Origin: Podarcis liolepis
Lineage: Eukaryota
Direction: 5' to 3' (one strand)
DNA length: 64,000 nt
Assembly: GCA_965112155.1 (NCBI GenBank)
Contig: OZ218101.1
A program made the position numbers and the translations under genes. Positions 25,600 through 39,728 of this stretch are shown here, piece after piece; position 1 is the stretch's first letter, and each line of letters begins with the position of its first letter. The notes beneath the pieces are model-generated. The model saw only the letters and a list, made by a program, of their open reading frames with translations, did not search any database and was not told the DNA's origin.

Positions 25600-26095
25600 G
25601 CAGCATTGGGATGTCTTCTGTTCAGCTGGGGCTTAGGGCTTGCAGGGAAAGGAAGCAATAAACAGGTCAAGTCAGGTCAGACCCGCAGGTCAAGGCAGTT
25701 CTGGGAAAGTCAGGTCAGTTAAGTGAAGCTGGACAAAGTCTGGTTGGACAAAGTCAGGTCAGGTCTCTCTAAACAGGTCAGGATCCTTAGAAGGTCCCAG
25801 TGGGCCCTGCTAGCTGAGGTTGTCTCAGTCACGTAATGGGGCTACCTGAAACCTTATGTAGGCTGGCAAGGCCTATCCTATTGCAGTTGGCCCCACCTCC
25901 ATAAAGAGGTGGCAGTATTGACTTACACAACTTTTGTCTCATTCATCTAGCACTGAATTCTACAATGAGGAAGTCTCATTTTCTAAGGGTTCTCACCCCC
26001 CTGAGGGTCTCCTCCCTCTGAGTGAAACAGCCTTCATTTCTTCATTATCTGTGTCTTTCTTGGAGTATTGCAGGGGGCTGTGTTTTAGTCACGAC
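25600..26095 (-). mobile_element. Degraded LTR-like remnant with internal CAGGTCA/AAGTC repeats
   Basis: Short tandem units; plausible ...GACA end near 26095; boundaries approximate. Confidence 0.4.
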
Positions 26096-26559
26096 AGAAG
26101 GCTGTGAGCAGAGCAGCAACAGAGGAAAGGAGTTATTTCACCCTTTTCACTGTTAGCCGTTTTCTTGCTCCAAGTCACCCACCCCCATCTTCCCCAACCA
26201 GGACTGGGGGAGCAGTTTTGAGTGGAGAAATGATAGAGTGAATTCTGCCATTCCTTTGCTCAAAATCACAGCCCCTCCCTATGACCACCTTTCATTAAAT
26301 TGCATGTGTAACATGCAATTTACTGATGAGACATTAACATGGCATTTTATGGGTCTTCAGATTATCAAGAAAACATTGTCCTCCAAGATCCACTACCAAG
26401 CTATATTCTGGGAATAGCGTAGCACTGGTGCTAAATTGCCAGCAGCTGCCAAGGCTCATACTGGGAATGAACATTCACATCTGGGTGTTTACTACTCTGT
26501 GTAGTGAGCCATTGAACAGCATTTAGGAGCACCTACCTAACCATTAACTATATTCCAAC

Positions 26560-26832
26560 ACTGGGCTAGTCCCACCCACTAAAGATGGCCATTGGACACT
26601 GCTGAATAGGAAGGGCTATAAAAGTGTTCCTATTGGTCCTGGACCCAACCTCTGAGTAACAAGGTTTTCCCGACTTTTTCTGCATGTTCTTCCGCTTTGT
26701 CTCACCCTTCGGTTTTGCTTGTTTCTCATCTCTGATGTCTTGGCTCATCCCTGAGCTCTGACTTCCTGGCTAACCTGCTGGTTGCTAGCTCCTGGCCCAC
26801 CTTAGGCAGCTGCCTGTGGCTCAGCCCTGACA
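26560..26832 (+). mobile_element. Degraded LTR-like remnant
   Basis: ATTGG box, TATAAAA near 26616, ends CCCTGACA like the other LTRs in the window. Confidence 0.45.
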
Positions 26833-29800
26833 AAATTATTCATCCTCTAATTTTTTTTCACTACCTATGCCTGCCTTTTGCAAATACCTTCCTGATATCT
26901 ATTTTAGGCTGGAATCTGTTGAACTGAATTATTTGTGTCCTCTTCATCTTTCCTTTCACAGTATTTCATTTTCAAAACATTCATATTTTATTGCTTTCTA
27001 CCATCACCTCTCACATAGCGATATAAATAATTCTTGCCAAAGACCTTACTCCTAACCCTTGTTTATAGGGTAGTTGTAAGGATTGTGCATAAATACTATC
27101 TGTGTTGGCTATAAGTCATAATGAAATTACAGTTGAAAAATGCCGTACACATAAAAACAGAACAGACACAACAACATCAAACCAATATACGAGCAAATTC
27201 CTCATCAGGGATCATTAATTAAGACAGTCCAAAAGCTACCTTAATTGTCCAACTGGCCTTCAAATACATGAACAAGAATAAAATTTGATTGCAGCTTGAC
27301 CGGAGCAGGAGTAATCCATTTATTATTATTGGAAATAGCGCTGAGCCAATTCTAGGCAATTTCTCCTCTAATATGTTCATTAGTTCAGTCCAATTATTGA
27401 AAATATACACATTGACTGTGATTTTAACTGGCAGAATCCCATTTCCAAGCTTAGATAATCTGAAGAAGTACCTTTGAATGTTCCTGAGAAGATAGTCAAG
27501 ATTCTATTATAGAAAATATCATTATTAGACGAGCTTTAAGAGGTGGCAGAATTCCAGGGTCCTTCTGGGCATTCTAGACAGTTTGCCATGGTGGCTAGAA
27601 AAAGTTTTTAAGCTTAAAATTAAAAAATAATATCTTTTGTAAAAATTATAAGTTTAAGATAGCTTTCTGGCAGCCAAGTCAAACCACAGCAGCAGTGCAG
27701 CCATTCTCCTGGCCACATCACCCAGAATAACTGACTCTGAGAAGGATTGTCTTGGCCCTTTCTCAGAGTCCAGGTGAGGCAACAGGAAGATGGAGGTGGG
27801 AAGCCCTCACACCGTCACCTGGGCCCAGTAGTGAGTGTGTGGCGGGTCAGCCCAGGGAGGGGCTCTTCTGAGTCCTGGTACCCACAGCCATTGCCTGGTC
27901 TGATGAACCACAGGCACCAGGTACCCTCCCCGCAATCCGCATGAGTTATTTTCATTTCCTCATTTCTGTTCTAGTTTTTTAAATGGAATAATAGCTACCT
28001 TGGTTGCTGGTAAGCAGCATGAGTTCCAGACCACTTCTGTAATCACAGAGTGGAGTGAATGCCAGATCAATTAGGTTGTCAGTAAGATAACAGCCCAATG
28101 ATTTTCCCTGATATTGAACAGGCACCTATAACCAGTTTCACGGTTTCTGCTAAAACTGGGCTGTTGTCATTTTTATCCTCTTTGGGCCACATCACCAGCG
28201 ACAGCATTTTCAGTCCCCATTATCCTTAGTTTCTCTTTGTGTCCTTGCCTTGCTCTTTCTTGCAAGACAGTGCACCTCTCCGGTTGGTACAAACTCCCCT
28301 GTCGCTGCCGTTACCTTGGCTTTTGCTTTCATAAATGATGTGGTGGCATCACTGCAGAATGGAAGTAGCTCAGAGCATATTTAAAAACTGCAGATATTTT
28401 CAAGCGGGAGAGAAGACAATAGAAAAAAAGAGATTGCAGCATTTCAATTAGGGGGTTAAAATGTGCTTAACAATTGACAGCAGAGCACCTTGGTAGTTCC
28501 CCAGCACAGACAAGCTGTGCATTAGAGTCACACCATAGAATCCAATGTGTAAGAGATTCTGTGTGACTACTCAACACTGTTTTGATCTTAGGTGCCATAG
28601 TGGATGGATGCACTTACCTGACCTCCTAACTGCTGCTGCTGCTGCTTACCAGGAAAGAGAAGGGAAAGGGAAAAACAGCAGAGAGGGCAGTTTAGTGCAA
28701 GCACCTCAGCAGGAGTGCCAGATTGGCTCAGCTGCTGCATTTGCACCAAGCTGAACTTGCCGCTGCCTCACCACTCCCCCTGGTGGAAAACAATAGGAAT
28801 TCACCTGGTGGGAGGTCAGGTAGGTGCTTCTGCCCCACCAAGCCACCCCACTTCTGTGTGTATGGCAGAACATGGCACTTTAACCCTAAGAACCCAAAGG
28901 CAACCAAAGGACAAGATTCCACGAATGGTTTGTGAAATTGAAATTGCAAATGTGAGATGGCCTGTGTTCATACAATGTCAGACAAACGCATCTTATTTTT
29001 CTTAACAAATGGGATGTCACTTTTCAAAATCTTCACAAAGTGGTCTACAAGCTAAATGAGAGACATATAATAAAATATAAAACCATAGGGGGGAAAACAA
29101 AAACCATAGAAAAACACCAGAAATCTCAGAAACAGTAGCTCAAAAAAGTTCCTAAAAGTCAAACACAAACCAGCAGGATATAGCATAAATAGAAGTGTGC
29201 CTTCCTTTAGAGGTCTTCCGCTTGAGAGCTTCCTAGCAGCATCTTGTTGGCCGCTGTGAAAACAAAATGGTGGACCAGATGGGCATTTGGCCTGATCCAA
29301 CAGGGTTGTTCATACATTCTTGTGCAGAACAGGTCTGAAGGTATAGTCTGAAGACACATAAGGAGGTCTGGGGCTGGTCAGTGCTTGGATGGGTGAATAC
29401 CTGGGAACCACATGAATGCTACCTTGAGTTCCATGACAGAAGGTGGAATGTGAATGTAATAACATAAATAAATAAAACACCCCAATAGGCACAGAATATT
29501 TTGGCTTAAATGTGTGTTTATTTTAATGCAGTCATTCAGATCCATTTTTAGATGTAAATCTCTTCTCTTCAAATTGTTTGTTGAAGCCAATAAAATTATT
29601 TTGAGAAAAAGTTATTTTAAAATTGCAGGAGCTAATTATCTAACAAATATATTCTTCGTGATAATTGGTACTTTATTAATTTTGTGTTATTTAGAACATG
29701 GTCTTTGCAACCTTTTGTTTGTGCTATTCCAGGATTACTTTTGCAGCTGAGTGAAACATGAAACGTGTCCTTCTTTGATCAAACTTGAAAGGTCTAAGAA

Positions 29801-30885
29801 ATGGCTCATTTCCCAAAAATATTTACAGAGTTAAAACAAGACTGTTTGCATGTAGTCTTATCTGTCATCACTCAACACTATTGTTAATGCTACAATACTA
29901 TAAATACACTGAGTACAATGTGCATTGCTCTGTTGACCATATGCTAGATATTCTCCTATCCGTTATGCAAATCAAACTTTTTGTAAACACATTTTATTTT
30001 CATAACAAACACAAACTACTTAAGAACTGCAGCAAATGTTTCTGAAGCGTATCTTGAATTCATCCCCCCCCCCACACACACATAACAATGAATTATATTG
30101 ATTTTGTTTATTACATTCCTATGCCATCTTTTCCTCCAAGAAGCTCAAGCTGGCATACATGGGTCTCCCCAACCTCATTTAATCTTCAGAATTACTGACA
30201 AGTGAGTTGCCTAAGGCCACCTAGTGCGCTTCATGGCTGAATGAAGATTTGAATCCTGGCCTCCTAGGTTACTCTAATTCCTACAATTACACCCATATGC
30301 ATCTAAGTCATACTCATAGGCCCACTGCAATGAGTGGACTTAAATACCTTGCATATTACTAACATTGACGAGCACCCACTAAATCAGGGGTGAGGAACAT
30401 TAAATGTGTCCCTTCAGCTCTCCTTATATGGCCCTTGCAACTCTCCCCAAGCCACACCCCTAACTTCATCATCATCATCATTTTTAATTTGCATACTGTC
30501 TTTCTATCTTACAATGCTCAAGGCAGTTTACAAACTGAAGAAACAAAACATGTACATCTTATAACAATCTAATGCAATAAAAAAATATGGTAATAAAGCA
30601 TAACTTCAAAATAAGCAACCTACATCAAAAGTAACATTCAACAATCATTAGAATAGTATAAAATAATAATATCAGCATATAAAAGTTAAAAAGAAATTCA
30701 CTCTTAACAGTTACAATAAACTACAATAAATAAAACAGCAAGCCACAGTACATCAAATAATACAATACAAATTGAGAAGCAGAGACTAGAGGGTGGAGCA
30801 AGGCAGGTTTGAAAAGGCCTTGCCTGATGAAGACTCTCCCCTCACAGTTCTTCTTCCAGGAACAGCTCCCTTATGAGGATCGGAG

Positions 30886-31151
30886 AGAGCTCCCATTGCT
30901 CGGTCCCAGCTCCTGCCAACCTAGCAGTTCGAAATCACGTCAAAGTGCAAGTAGATCAATAGGTACCTCTCCGACGGGAAGGTAAACAGCATTTCTGTGT
31001 GCTGCTCTGGTTCGCCAAAAGCAGCTTAGCCATGCTGGCCACATGACCCGGAAGCTGTATGCCGGCTCCCTCGGCCAGTAAAGCGAGATGAGCATTGCAA
31101 CTCCAGAATCGTTCGCAACTGGAACTAATGGTCAGGGGTCCTTTACCTTTA
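30886..31151 (+). mobile_element. Sauria SINE, 5'-truncated
   Basis: Body and CCTTTACCTTTA tail match the other copies. Confidence 0.9.
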
Positions 31152-32526
31152 TTGCCGGAGGGAGGGGCAAGGCAGGTGGAAGAAGGCCTTGCCTGATGAA
31201 GTCTCTACCCTCACAGTTCTTCCTCTGCTCCCCCCCCCAAGTGTTTTTGCCTGGCTGGAATGCATCCTTGAATTCTGATCCTTCCTCTTGCTTCTCTGAA
31301 TGGAGGAGTGTTTTTGTTATCCTCCTGTACAAATGCAAACTTTAAATTTATTCCTCCACCCACTTTTGCCTCTGTTTGCCTTCAGCATATTCAAAAATCT
31401 CTATAATAAGTTTTGAATAAAGGTTAGGAATGGGGACGGGTTCCTGTCACATAGCATGCCTGCTTGCCTGCCTAGTAGCTTCATCTTCCTCCTCAACAGC
31501 CAGCTGGCACCGCACCCCATCATGTTTTGCTTCATATCTTTTAAAAAAAAACACCTCACAGCAGCCAAACTGCTGCTGGAGCAAAGCTTCAAATATTTAT
31601 ATTTTCCAAGATTCCTAAATTCCACCCTTCCTCCAGTCTGGAGTTGTCCTAACAACAATAACCAAGCAACAAGTAATATCATTAAAACAGCACCCAAACT
31701 AGTTTTTTTTTGTTGTTGTTTTTTAAAAAAAGATTTTCTTGGTTTACAAAAGTATGTACATTGTCTCTTTTCTCAGGTTGTTAAGTCTTTTCTATATATC
31801 AGTTACATATGATATGAGACATTAGTGTTGTATACAGAATAAAGCTGGGAAACTCCTCAAACTTATAGAACAAAAAAAGGAAGGGAAATTGACTCACTAG
31901 AGATCAATAAAACAATTATCAACGTTCTATACTCAAAACAACACTTTTACAAATATGGGAAATAAACTCCAGACTATTAGCGAAGAGATGAAAGGGGGCA
32001 GGGGAAAAGGATCACTCAAAATGAGAATATACCGCATCACTAAAAAAAGATGGTAACATGACATTCTCCACCCAACAAATAACCTCAGAATTTGCTGGAT
32101 TCTACTCAAACCTATACACCTCCCACAATCCATCTGAGCAGGATGTCAGAAATTTCCAGAACTAGTTTATTATACAAATGCCTGGTCAGTAGCAAAAATG
32201 TCTGCATCTCAGGGTGTTGCTGGGCCCACAGGGGTTGTAGAGCCCCTCTGCAGAATTAAAGATGGCAGGAGGCATGTGGCTGTGGTAAGCTTTTCTCCAG
32301 CTGTGCAGAAGCATATTTCCTGTGAATTGTTTAAGGAACAAAACAATGAAAATGTTATGGGGATTCCCACTGTGGCAGCATCATGTGGGGGGACATGAGT
32401 GTCAGACCACCCAGCCAGCCCACCCGTAGCAGCACCACTGTGACCAGGATGCAGTCATTTCAACGATATGTAAAAGCTTGCCCACTGGAGTTTGTGACCC
32501 TTTTCCTTTGACCAGCGACCCCTCCT

Positions 32527-32830
32527 GAGAGCCAGTGTGGTGTAGTGGTTAAGAGCGGTAGTCTTGTAATCTGGGGAACCAGGTTTGCGTCCCCACTCCT
32601 CCACATGCAGCTGCTGGGTGACCTTGGGCTAGTCACACTTCTTTGAAGTCTCTCAGCCCCACTCACCTCCCAGAGTGTTTGTTGTGGGGGAGGAAGGGAA
32701 AGGAGAATGTTAGCCGCTTTGAGACTCCTTAAAGGGAGTGAAAGGCAGGATATCAAATCCAAACTACTACTCCTCCTCCTCCTCCTCCTCTTCTTCTTCT
32801 TCTTCTTCTTCTTCTTCTTCTTCTTCTTCC
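32527..32830 (+). mobile_element. tRNA-headed MIR/L2-tailed SINE (AnolisSINE2-like) with (CTC)n(TTC)n tail
   Basis: A box TGGTGTAGTGG, core GCTGGGTGACCTTGGGCTAGTCAC, L2-type tail GTTAGCCGCTTTGAG, simple-repeat tail. Confidence 0.8.
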
Positions 32831-34026
32831 TCACTCTGCCATATCCCAGTCTGCCACCACTTCTGTGCCTTCTATTTAAAGCAGTATCGTGCCACTTCAA
32901 ACAGCCCTGACTTTCTCCAAAGCATCCTGGGTACTGTAGTTTGTTAAGGACGCTGAGAGTTGTGAGGAGACCCCGAACCTGTTCCCCTCACAGAGCTTCA
33001 ATTCTCAGAGTTGTTCAACAATTCTGTCGTGAGATCTTTTAAAATAAGATGTCATTTTTTTCTTGCTACTAGCAAGCCATGTACACTGGTGAGTACATGT
33101 GAGGGAGGAGGAGGATATGGATAATTCAAATATTATAGTTCCTGAACTGTAATATTGTGTTACATATATTTTGTATTTCAAACTGGATCACTGTGAACAG
33201 AAACACAAGAATATGAGCATTCTGTTATCAGAAGCAGCAAGCGGAAACAGAAGGTTGATTCCCTAGCTGTGACTGCTTTCTCAGAAGTAACTCCAATTGT
33301 AAACCCTTACTCATGCAGTCTGTTTAGGACTTCTCCGGTTAAACCAAATAGGCTTTTCCTGAATAAGGCTGTCTTTTCCTGCAATAACTGCAATATTCAA
33401 ATCTGATAAAACTAAGTCTTTATAGCACTTGCAAATTGCTACACATATTTCTTTCCTCTGTCTAAAAATTTATGCCAGCATACTTTTATAACTGCAGCAA
33501 TTTGCTTCCAACCCTTAAAAGGGTTTCATATATATATAAAGCCCATAAAAACAGGAATAAATCATTCTCTGAAACTTGCAAGTAATACAGCTAGTTTATC
33601 AAAGTGTGCATTAATATGCAGTGCTTCAATGAGAAATCTGTGTTTGTTATGAATTAACCAAGGACGGGAATTGTCTGAATTCAAATTACTCTCGGATATA
33701 TTCTCTATGTTGAAATGCCTTGCTCTTTATAGGCCAGTTATTGATAACTGAAACTACTAATTATAATTAATTTCTGTAGTGGCAAGTTAGAGGTCATATC
33801 AGATAACTGCTTCCTAAGAAGACATCTCGTTTGTTTGTTATTTACAGTGACTTGGATCCAAAATCCAAAATAAAACGTCCCAACTGGTAGTTGCATGAGC
33901 ACTTATGGTGTCTGGGTGCTCTACTGAGGGCCTTCAAAATATTTCCATTTATGAAGGGCTGCAATCCCATAGTGGGGGACAAAACCATCATCAACTCTGT
34001 TCATGAAGACAACAAATCTGTACCTC

Positions 34027-34426
34027 TGTCAGGATGCTGTCAGCGGCTCCTGACTGGTTGCCCAGGAAAGTATAAAGACAAGGAAAAGTTTCTTACCATC
34101 CTTTTTTATTTCAAACTCTACAGAGAGAGGCTATAGAACCCAGCCTCTTGGATAATGGCGTTGTCCTGAGTGAATCTCCACCAGATGCTGGGATGCTTTC
34201 TAGCGTGGTCTGGGATGCTTTCTAGCGTGTCAGCCAGCTGCTGCTCCAGCTCTGCCTGAATCTGCTCTCCTATTATTTCTCAACTTTTCCCCTCATCTGC
34301 CTCTGAGCTGTGACCTCCCACAAACCACTGTTGTAAATCTATACTGTCTTCCTCTTCCTCCTTCCTGGAAGGGTCAGGATGAGGAGGCGGTCTCCACCAT
34401 TCCTCCCTCTCTGCCCAGCCCTGACA
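34027..34426 (-). mobile_element. Solo LTR, same family as 341-806
   Basis: TGTCAGG...CCTGACA termini; shared blocks TTTTATT..AGAGAG..CAGCCTCT..TAATGG and AAACCA..TAAATCTATACTGTC..GGAAGG; no intact TSD. Confidence 0.7.
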
Positions 34427-35176
34427 ACTATGATGCAAAGTTTGAGGTGGGATTATAGGAGGTCCAGATATTTAAATCTGAAACATAACAAATCACATGC
34501 AATACAACCTTGGTTTATCAAATCTAGATTATTCGAACCTCCTTGTTATCCAAATTCAGAGTGAATGTATAAACTAATGTAAACAGTACTTCCACATAGG
34601 CTCCTGACAACTTCCAGATGGTTTAGATAAATGAGGTTCTACTACTGTGCCTAGAAGCATAGCAGTAACACAATAGCAAAGATCAGTGACCTTTTCACTG
34701 AATGGCTTATTTTACTTTAGTGGTTCCTGGACATCTATTCCAGGGGAAAATTGAACAAGACTATGTGATTCTCATGCAGACTGTTCTGGAGAAGACTGAA
34801 TGAGGCTATGAGGGTTTTGTAAATGCAGTGCGATCTGGAAAGTCTGTTTACCTTCTGAATATGTTTTCCAACATATAAAACAGGTGCTTGTTTGAATCTC
34901 AAGTTTATTTGTGTAGATTGTTTTCTGTTGGTTTAGAGAAGTATATGTTGAGCAAAAAAAGAAAAGAAAAGATCTCTAGCAGTTTGGGGACTATCAGAAT
35001 TATTTTCAATATGTTTGCTTTGGACATATCTCTAATTTAACTTTTAGCATGATCAAGATGGTGGAATATAAGCTTTTCTAAATCACTGATTTATAAATTT
35101 TTTCACATTTTTAGGGAAAAAAACTAAAGACAGGACGAAGTGCTGTTTTAACATGTGATATGCAGAGACTTTTTTT

Positions 35177-36041
35177 GAATCATAGAATCATAGAGTTGGA
35201 AGAGACCACAAGGGCCATCGAGTCCAACCCCCTGCCAAGCAGGAAACACCATCAGAGCACTCCTGACATATGGTTGTCAAGCCTCTGCTTAAAGACCTCC
35301 AAAGAAGGAGACTCCACCACACTCCTTGGCAGCAAATTCCACTGTCGAACAGCTCTTACTGTCAGGAAGTTCTTCCTAATGTTTAGGTGGAATCTTCTTT
35401 CTTGTAGTTTGGATCCATTGCTCCGTGTCCACTTCTCTGGAGCAGCAGAAAACAACCTTTCTCCCTCCTCTATGTGACATCCTTTTATATATTTGAACAT
35501 GGCTATCATATTACCCCTTGACCTCCTCTTCTCCAGACTAAACATGCCCCGCTCCCTTAGCCGTTCCTCATAAGGCATCGTTTCCAGGCCTTTGACCATT
35601 TTGGTTGCCCTCCTCTGGAGCCGTTCCAGTTTGTCAGTGTCCCTCTTGAACTGTGGTGCCCAGAACTGGACACAGTACTCCAGGTGAGGTCTGACCAGAG
35701 CAGAATACAGTAGCACTATTACTTCCCTTGATCTAGATGCCATACTCCTATTGATGCAGCCCAGAATTGCATTGGCTTTTTTAGCTGCCACGTCACACTG
35801 TTGGCTCATGTCAAGTTTGTGGTCAACCAAGACTCCTAGATCCTTTTCACATGTACTGCTCTCAAGCCAGGTGTCACCCATCTTGTATTTGTGCCTCTCA
35901 TTTTTTTTGCCCAAGTGCAATACTTTACATTTCTCCCTGTTAAAGTTCATCTTGTTTGTTTTGGCCCAGTTCTCTAATCTGTCAAGGTCGTTTTGAAGTG
36001 TGATCCTGTCCTCTGGGGTGTTAGCCACCCCTCCCAGTTTG
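35177..36041 (-). mobile_element. Young 5'-truncated CR1 LINE (ORF2 RT C-terminus, 3' UTR, (ATTCTATG)n tail)
   Basis: Open frame LQNDLDRLENWAKTNKMNFNREKCKVLHLG...EKDLGV...LYSALVRPHLEYCVQFWAP is canonical CR1; octamer tail at 35177-35194. Confidence 0.96.
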
Positions 36042-38426
36042 ACAAGGTATGAAATTTTATTATGCAATAGTAACATTTGATTTGTGAGAACAGTTCATTT
36101 AAGGTACAGTTTGCAAATTAGATTTTGCTGTATTCCAGGCAGACATAAAGCAGGAATCATGAAGGCTTCATAGGCATTCAAAAATATTCTGGACTAGGGA
36201 GTCCTGGGCTGAAATCCTAATTCCAACATGAGGTTAATTTGGCAACTTTGAGGTAATGACCTAGCCCTCTGCCTAACCTGGTTGTTGTTAGGATAAATAA
36301 TAATCAACTCTATATCCATTTCCCTGAACTTTCTGGTAGAGAGGGCCGAAAGCTCAGAATGGCTACTGGGCCTGCAGATTTCCTCCATTTCTGCGATATT
36401 TCCCTATATAAGTCAATGTGGAGTAACATGAAACTGTGAAGTTTCTAAAGTGAGGGGCCAATTTGGACCCAAAGTGAAGTGAGTTGTACCTGAAGCAGTC
36501 CAAGTCAAATTGGCCTGAACCAAATGTTGTCTTTGACACATTACCCTAATTTGTACCAAGCTGATATTTGCCCAGACAAAAAGAGCAAAAAGATATTTGA
36601 ATTTGCTGAACAGTTTTATAACATTTCTTTAGGATACAATAGTAATGACCTTGATTAATGTAGACTATGTGACAAGTAAAAACTGACAGCTTAATTGCTT
36701 TCAAACTGAAATTATCAGATGAATCTGCTTTAGCGATCAAACATATCAGACATACAAGATTACCTTCAGCTTCCTTTAAAACACCCATTTCTTTTAGCTG
36801 AATTGGGCCAAAGAAATTGACAAATGTATGAAAGGTGGTACAATTTAATGGACCAATCTCTGTTGGTGAAAGCATATGCAAGCTTTAGGCTTGAATAGAA
36901 TCTGTCATGGTAAAGGACGGGGGGGGGGGGGAGAGAGAGAGAGAGACCTGAAAAAGAAGTTCTGCATAAACCACAAGCTGTTGTTGTTGACCAAGAAATG
37001 CCTTCTTCATTTTGTAAATTAAATCTGATCTACTTGTTTCATTTCAAAACCCTGAGCACATGCATATGCTCAAATGGGACTCAATGCATGAGTCAGCTGG
37101 TCAGCACCGTAACAATATCACGACTTCACCTCGTTTATAGATAACTTTGTGAAATTCTGAGAATACTCCAGAGTGAAGTAAAAGGAGGAAACAACAGCCA
37201 TCGTGTTAACTAAAAGCCCTCTTACCACGAATAAAGCCCTCTTAGCAGAAAAATGTAAAATCCTTGAACCACCATCCCATCAATTCTTTGTACAAAAGCA
37301 GTTGCATTATTAATATGCATCCATAATTAAAGAAGCACTTGCCACCTACGAACTAAAACAAAAAATCCCACAAGAATGAGAAGGTCAAATGCTCAAAGAT
37401 CTAGACTCTCTAAAAGCTGTCAGCGTGCAGTTCAATAGGCCTAATGTGTTGGCACATGTGAAAGCACAATGTATTTTTCTATTTTTGCATGTTTCCAGGT
37501 GTCAAAATACATCAGTTTTCCGATCGCTTAAAAAAAAAAAATCCCTGAAGATGTCAAAGTGGCTTGTTTGTTTATCCAACGACTACAGGGGGCGGCTTAA
37601 GTACTTGGAAGCCACCTGCATAAGTTTCCAGATAACTGTCACTTGGCCTTCCCTGACGCAATGTTTTCCCCTCTCAATGCGCAACCCAGTCCCTTGTGCT
37701 TTGAAACTCTTCTCTAGCGTGGATGTGGACGTGAGAGTATCCAGTGACGAAGGTACAGCTTTAAAAGGAGAGAAATGAAAGAGGCAGTGAATGCAACCTG
37801 CTCAAGGCTATTCTCACACGCTTTCCGACTACGGGGGAAGGATTGTGTCTCGGTGTGCTAATGAATAAGCCGAAATATTATTGAATGGTATATGTGAGCA
37901 GACACATATGCAGTGGCGCTCTCAAGGACTCTCTATTTCTACCAATTCAAATGAGCATCGCCCAGAAACGAGCATAAATGCTTCGCGTGCCTTTCGCTGC
38001 AAAGCTGGCATTAAGCTACTAATTGCAAAATACCTGTAGACGTTACACAGTTTAAGACTCTGGAATGATGAATGTCTCTCTTGTTCTAGGTCATTATGGG
38101 CCCAGGTAATTGGGTTGCCTTGTGCTTGTCATGTTATACCTGGTGGGGGGAAAATCAAAATAAGATGAATTGCAGAGAAATGAATAGGCATAATTGGCGC
38201 AATAGGCTATTACACTCTTGAATTTGCAACATTAACCTGTAATGATTTGCAACAGATGTGAAAAGAAGCTGTTGATCATGTTCATGTATCTAGCACACTC
38301 AAAGATACGCTTCTTATTTTATTTTTGCCTGGCTTATATCTCATGTGATGCAGATCTTCTTACCCAATACTAAGTCATCTTCAAACTGCAGGTGCACAAC
38401 AAATGCTTCTGTTTCTCGAATCACAG

Positions 38427-38427
38427 T

Positions 38428-38479
<52 letters not shown>
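38427..38479. repeat. (CTTT)n microsatellite
   Basis: Direct inspection. Confidence 0.95.
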
Positions 38480-39361
38480 AGAAGACATTACAATGAAGTC
38501 AACAACCATGATCCTCAAACCACTTTCCCATGCACAACCCTTTCTTCATTATGATGATTGTGCTCGCATGTTGGTTTGTGGATCAGACTGAATGTTAGTA
38601 ATTTGGTGTTTTCAAAGCCTGGCTGCCAAACTGCCTCTTGTAAACCAACAATACTTTAAAGTGAGTGATTCTAAGCTACTGACAGGTAAAACAAGGCGCT
38701 CGCTGAAAAGCAACAACATCATAAAGAAAGCACTTGGCACCAATTATTGCATTCAAATATACTTGGATTTCACATGCTTGAATGTAAAACAGGTGTTCAG
38801 TAAACTGACAGGTATCTGCTGTGCTTATTATTCAGCATGTAGTGGGTGTCACAGCTAGAAGACAGAAGAATAGCTTTTCATCTCTTATTAGACTCAGTAC
38901 ACAACCTTTGCATTGCTTCTCTTTTAATCCATGACAAAAAATTAAAATAACTAGACACATAGTGGCATATGGTGTGTGTGTGTGGACATGCCCTAAGCTC
39001 ACAACATTTATTTGTGCCAGTTTACTTATTTACTTGCTTTTGCTTCATTTATTATATTTGCATTCTGCCGAATAACATAAAGTTGTCTGGGCAGCTTACA
39101 ATAAATACTTGGACTGCTGCTTCTAGCTGGAGAGCCTTTTCTTTCTTGTCATCTAGCCTGAATGTAGTGGCTGCTGTGACTCTATCTGTTGCTGAGTCTG
39201 CATCTCTCCACTGCCTTACTCTCAAGATATATTCCTTACTCTCATGTAAGAGCATCTATTGTCATGGTCTGGGCAGAAGCCAGGACATGTGGTGTGAATC
39301 AATGAATGAGGGCTTTTTGCTTGCCCCTGACCTCCATGCAATGATAAGATCTGTGCACTAG

Positions 39362-39728
39362 AAGGACCCCTGGGTGTTTCAGTCCAAAGGTGACTATGGG
39401 GTTGCGGCGCTCATCTTGCTTTCAGGCTGATGGAACCGGCGTTTGTCCGCAGACAGCTTTCCGGGTCATGTGGCCAGCATGACTAAACTGCTTCTGGTGC
39501 AACGGAACACCGTTACAGAAACCAGAGCGCATGGAAACGCCATTTACCATCCCACAGCAGTGGTACCTATTTATCTACTTGCACTGGCATGCTTTCAAAC
39601 TGCTAGGTTGGCAGGAGCTGGGACAGAGCAACGGAAGCTCACCCCGTTGTGGGGATTCGAACTGCCAACCTTCTGAGTGGCAAGCCCAAGAGGCACAGTG
39701 GTTTAGACCACAGCGCCACCCGCGTCCC
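39362..39728 (-). mobile_element. Sauria SINE, near full length
   Basis: Reverse complement starts GGGACGCGGGTGGCGCTGTGGTCTAAACCAC; body matches the other copies. Confidence 0.92.

Noticed and set aside
27880-27930. Hammerhead core CTGATGA in a hairpin (also at 30824 and 31193)
   Set aside because: No correctly placed GAAA or helix II/III
32460-32947. Poly-Lys/Arg, poly-Phe and poly-Ser ORFs
   Set aside because: Translations of the (CTC)n(TTC)n SINE tail
37719-37753. 35-nt micro-exon (VDVDVRVSSDE)
   Set aside because: Weak donor, frame-shifting length, no recognisable partner exons
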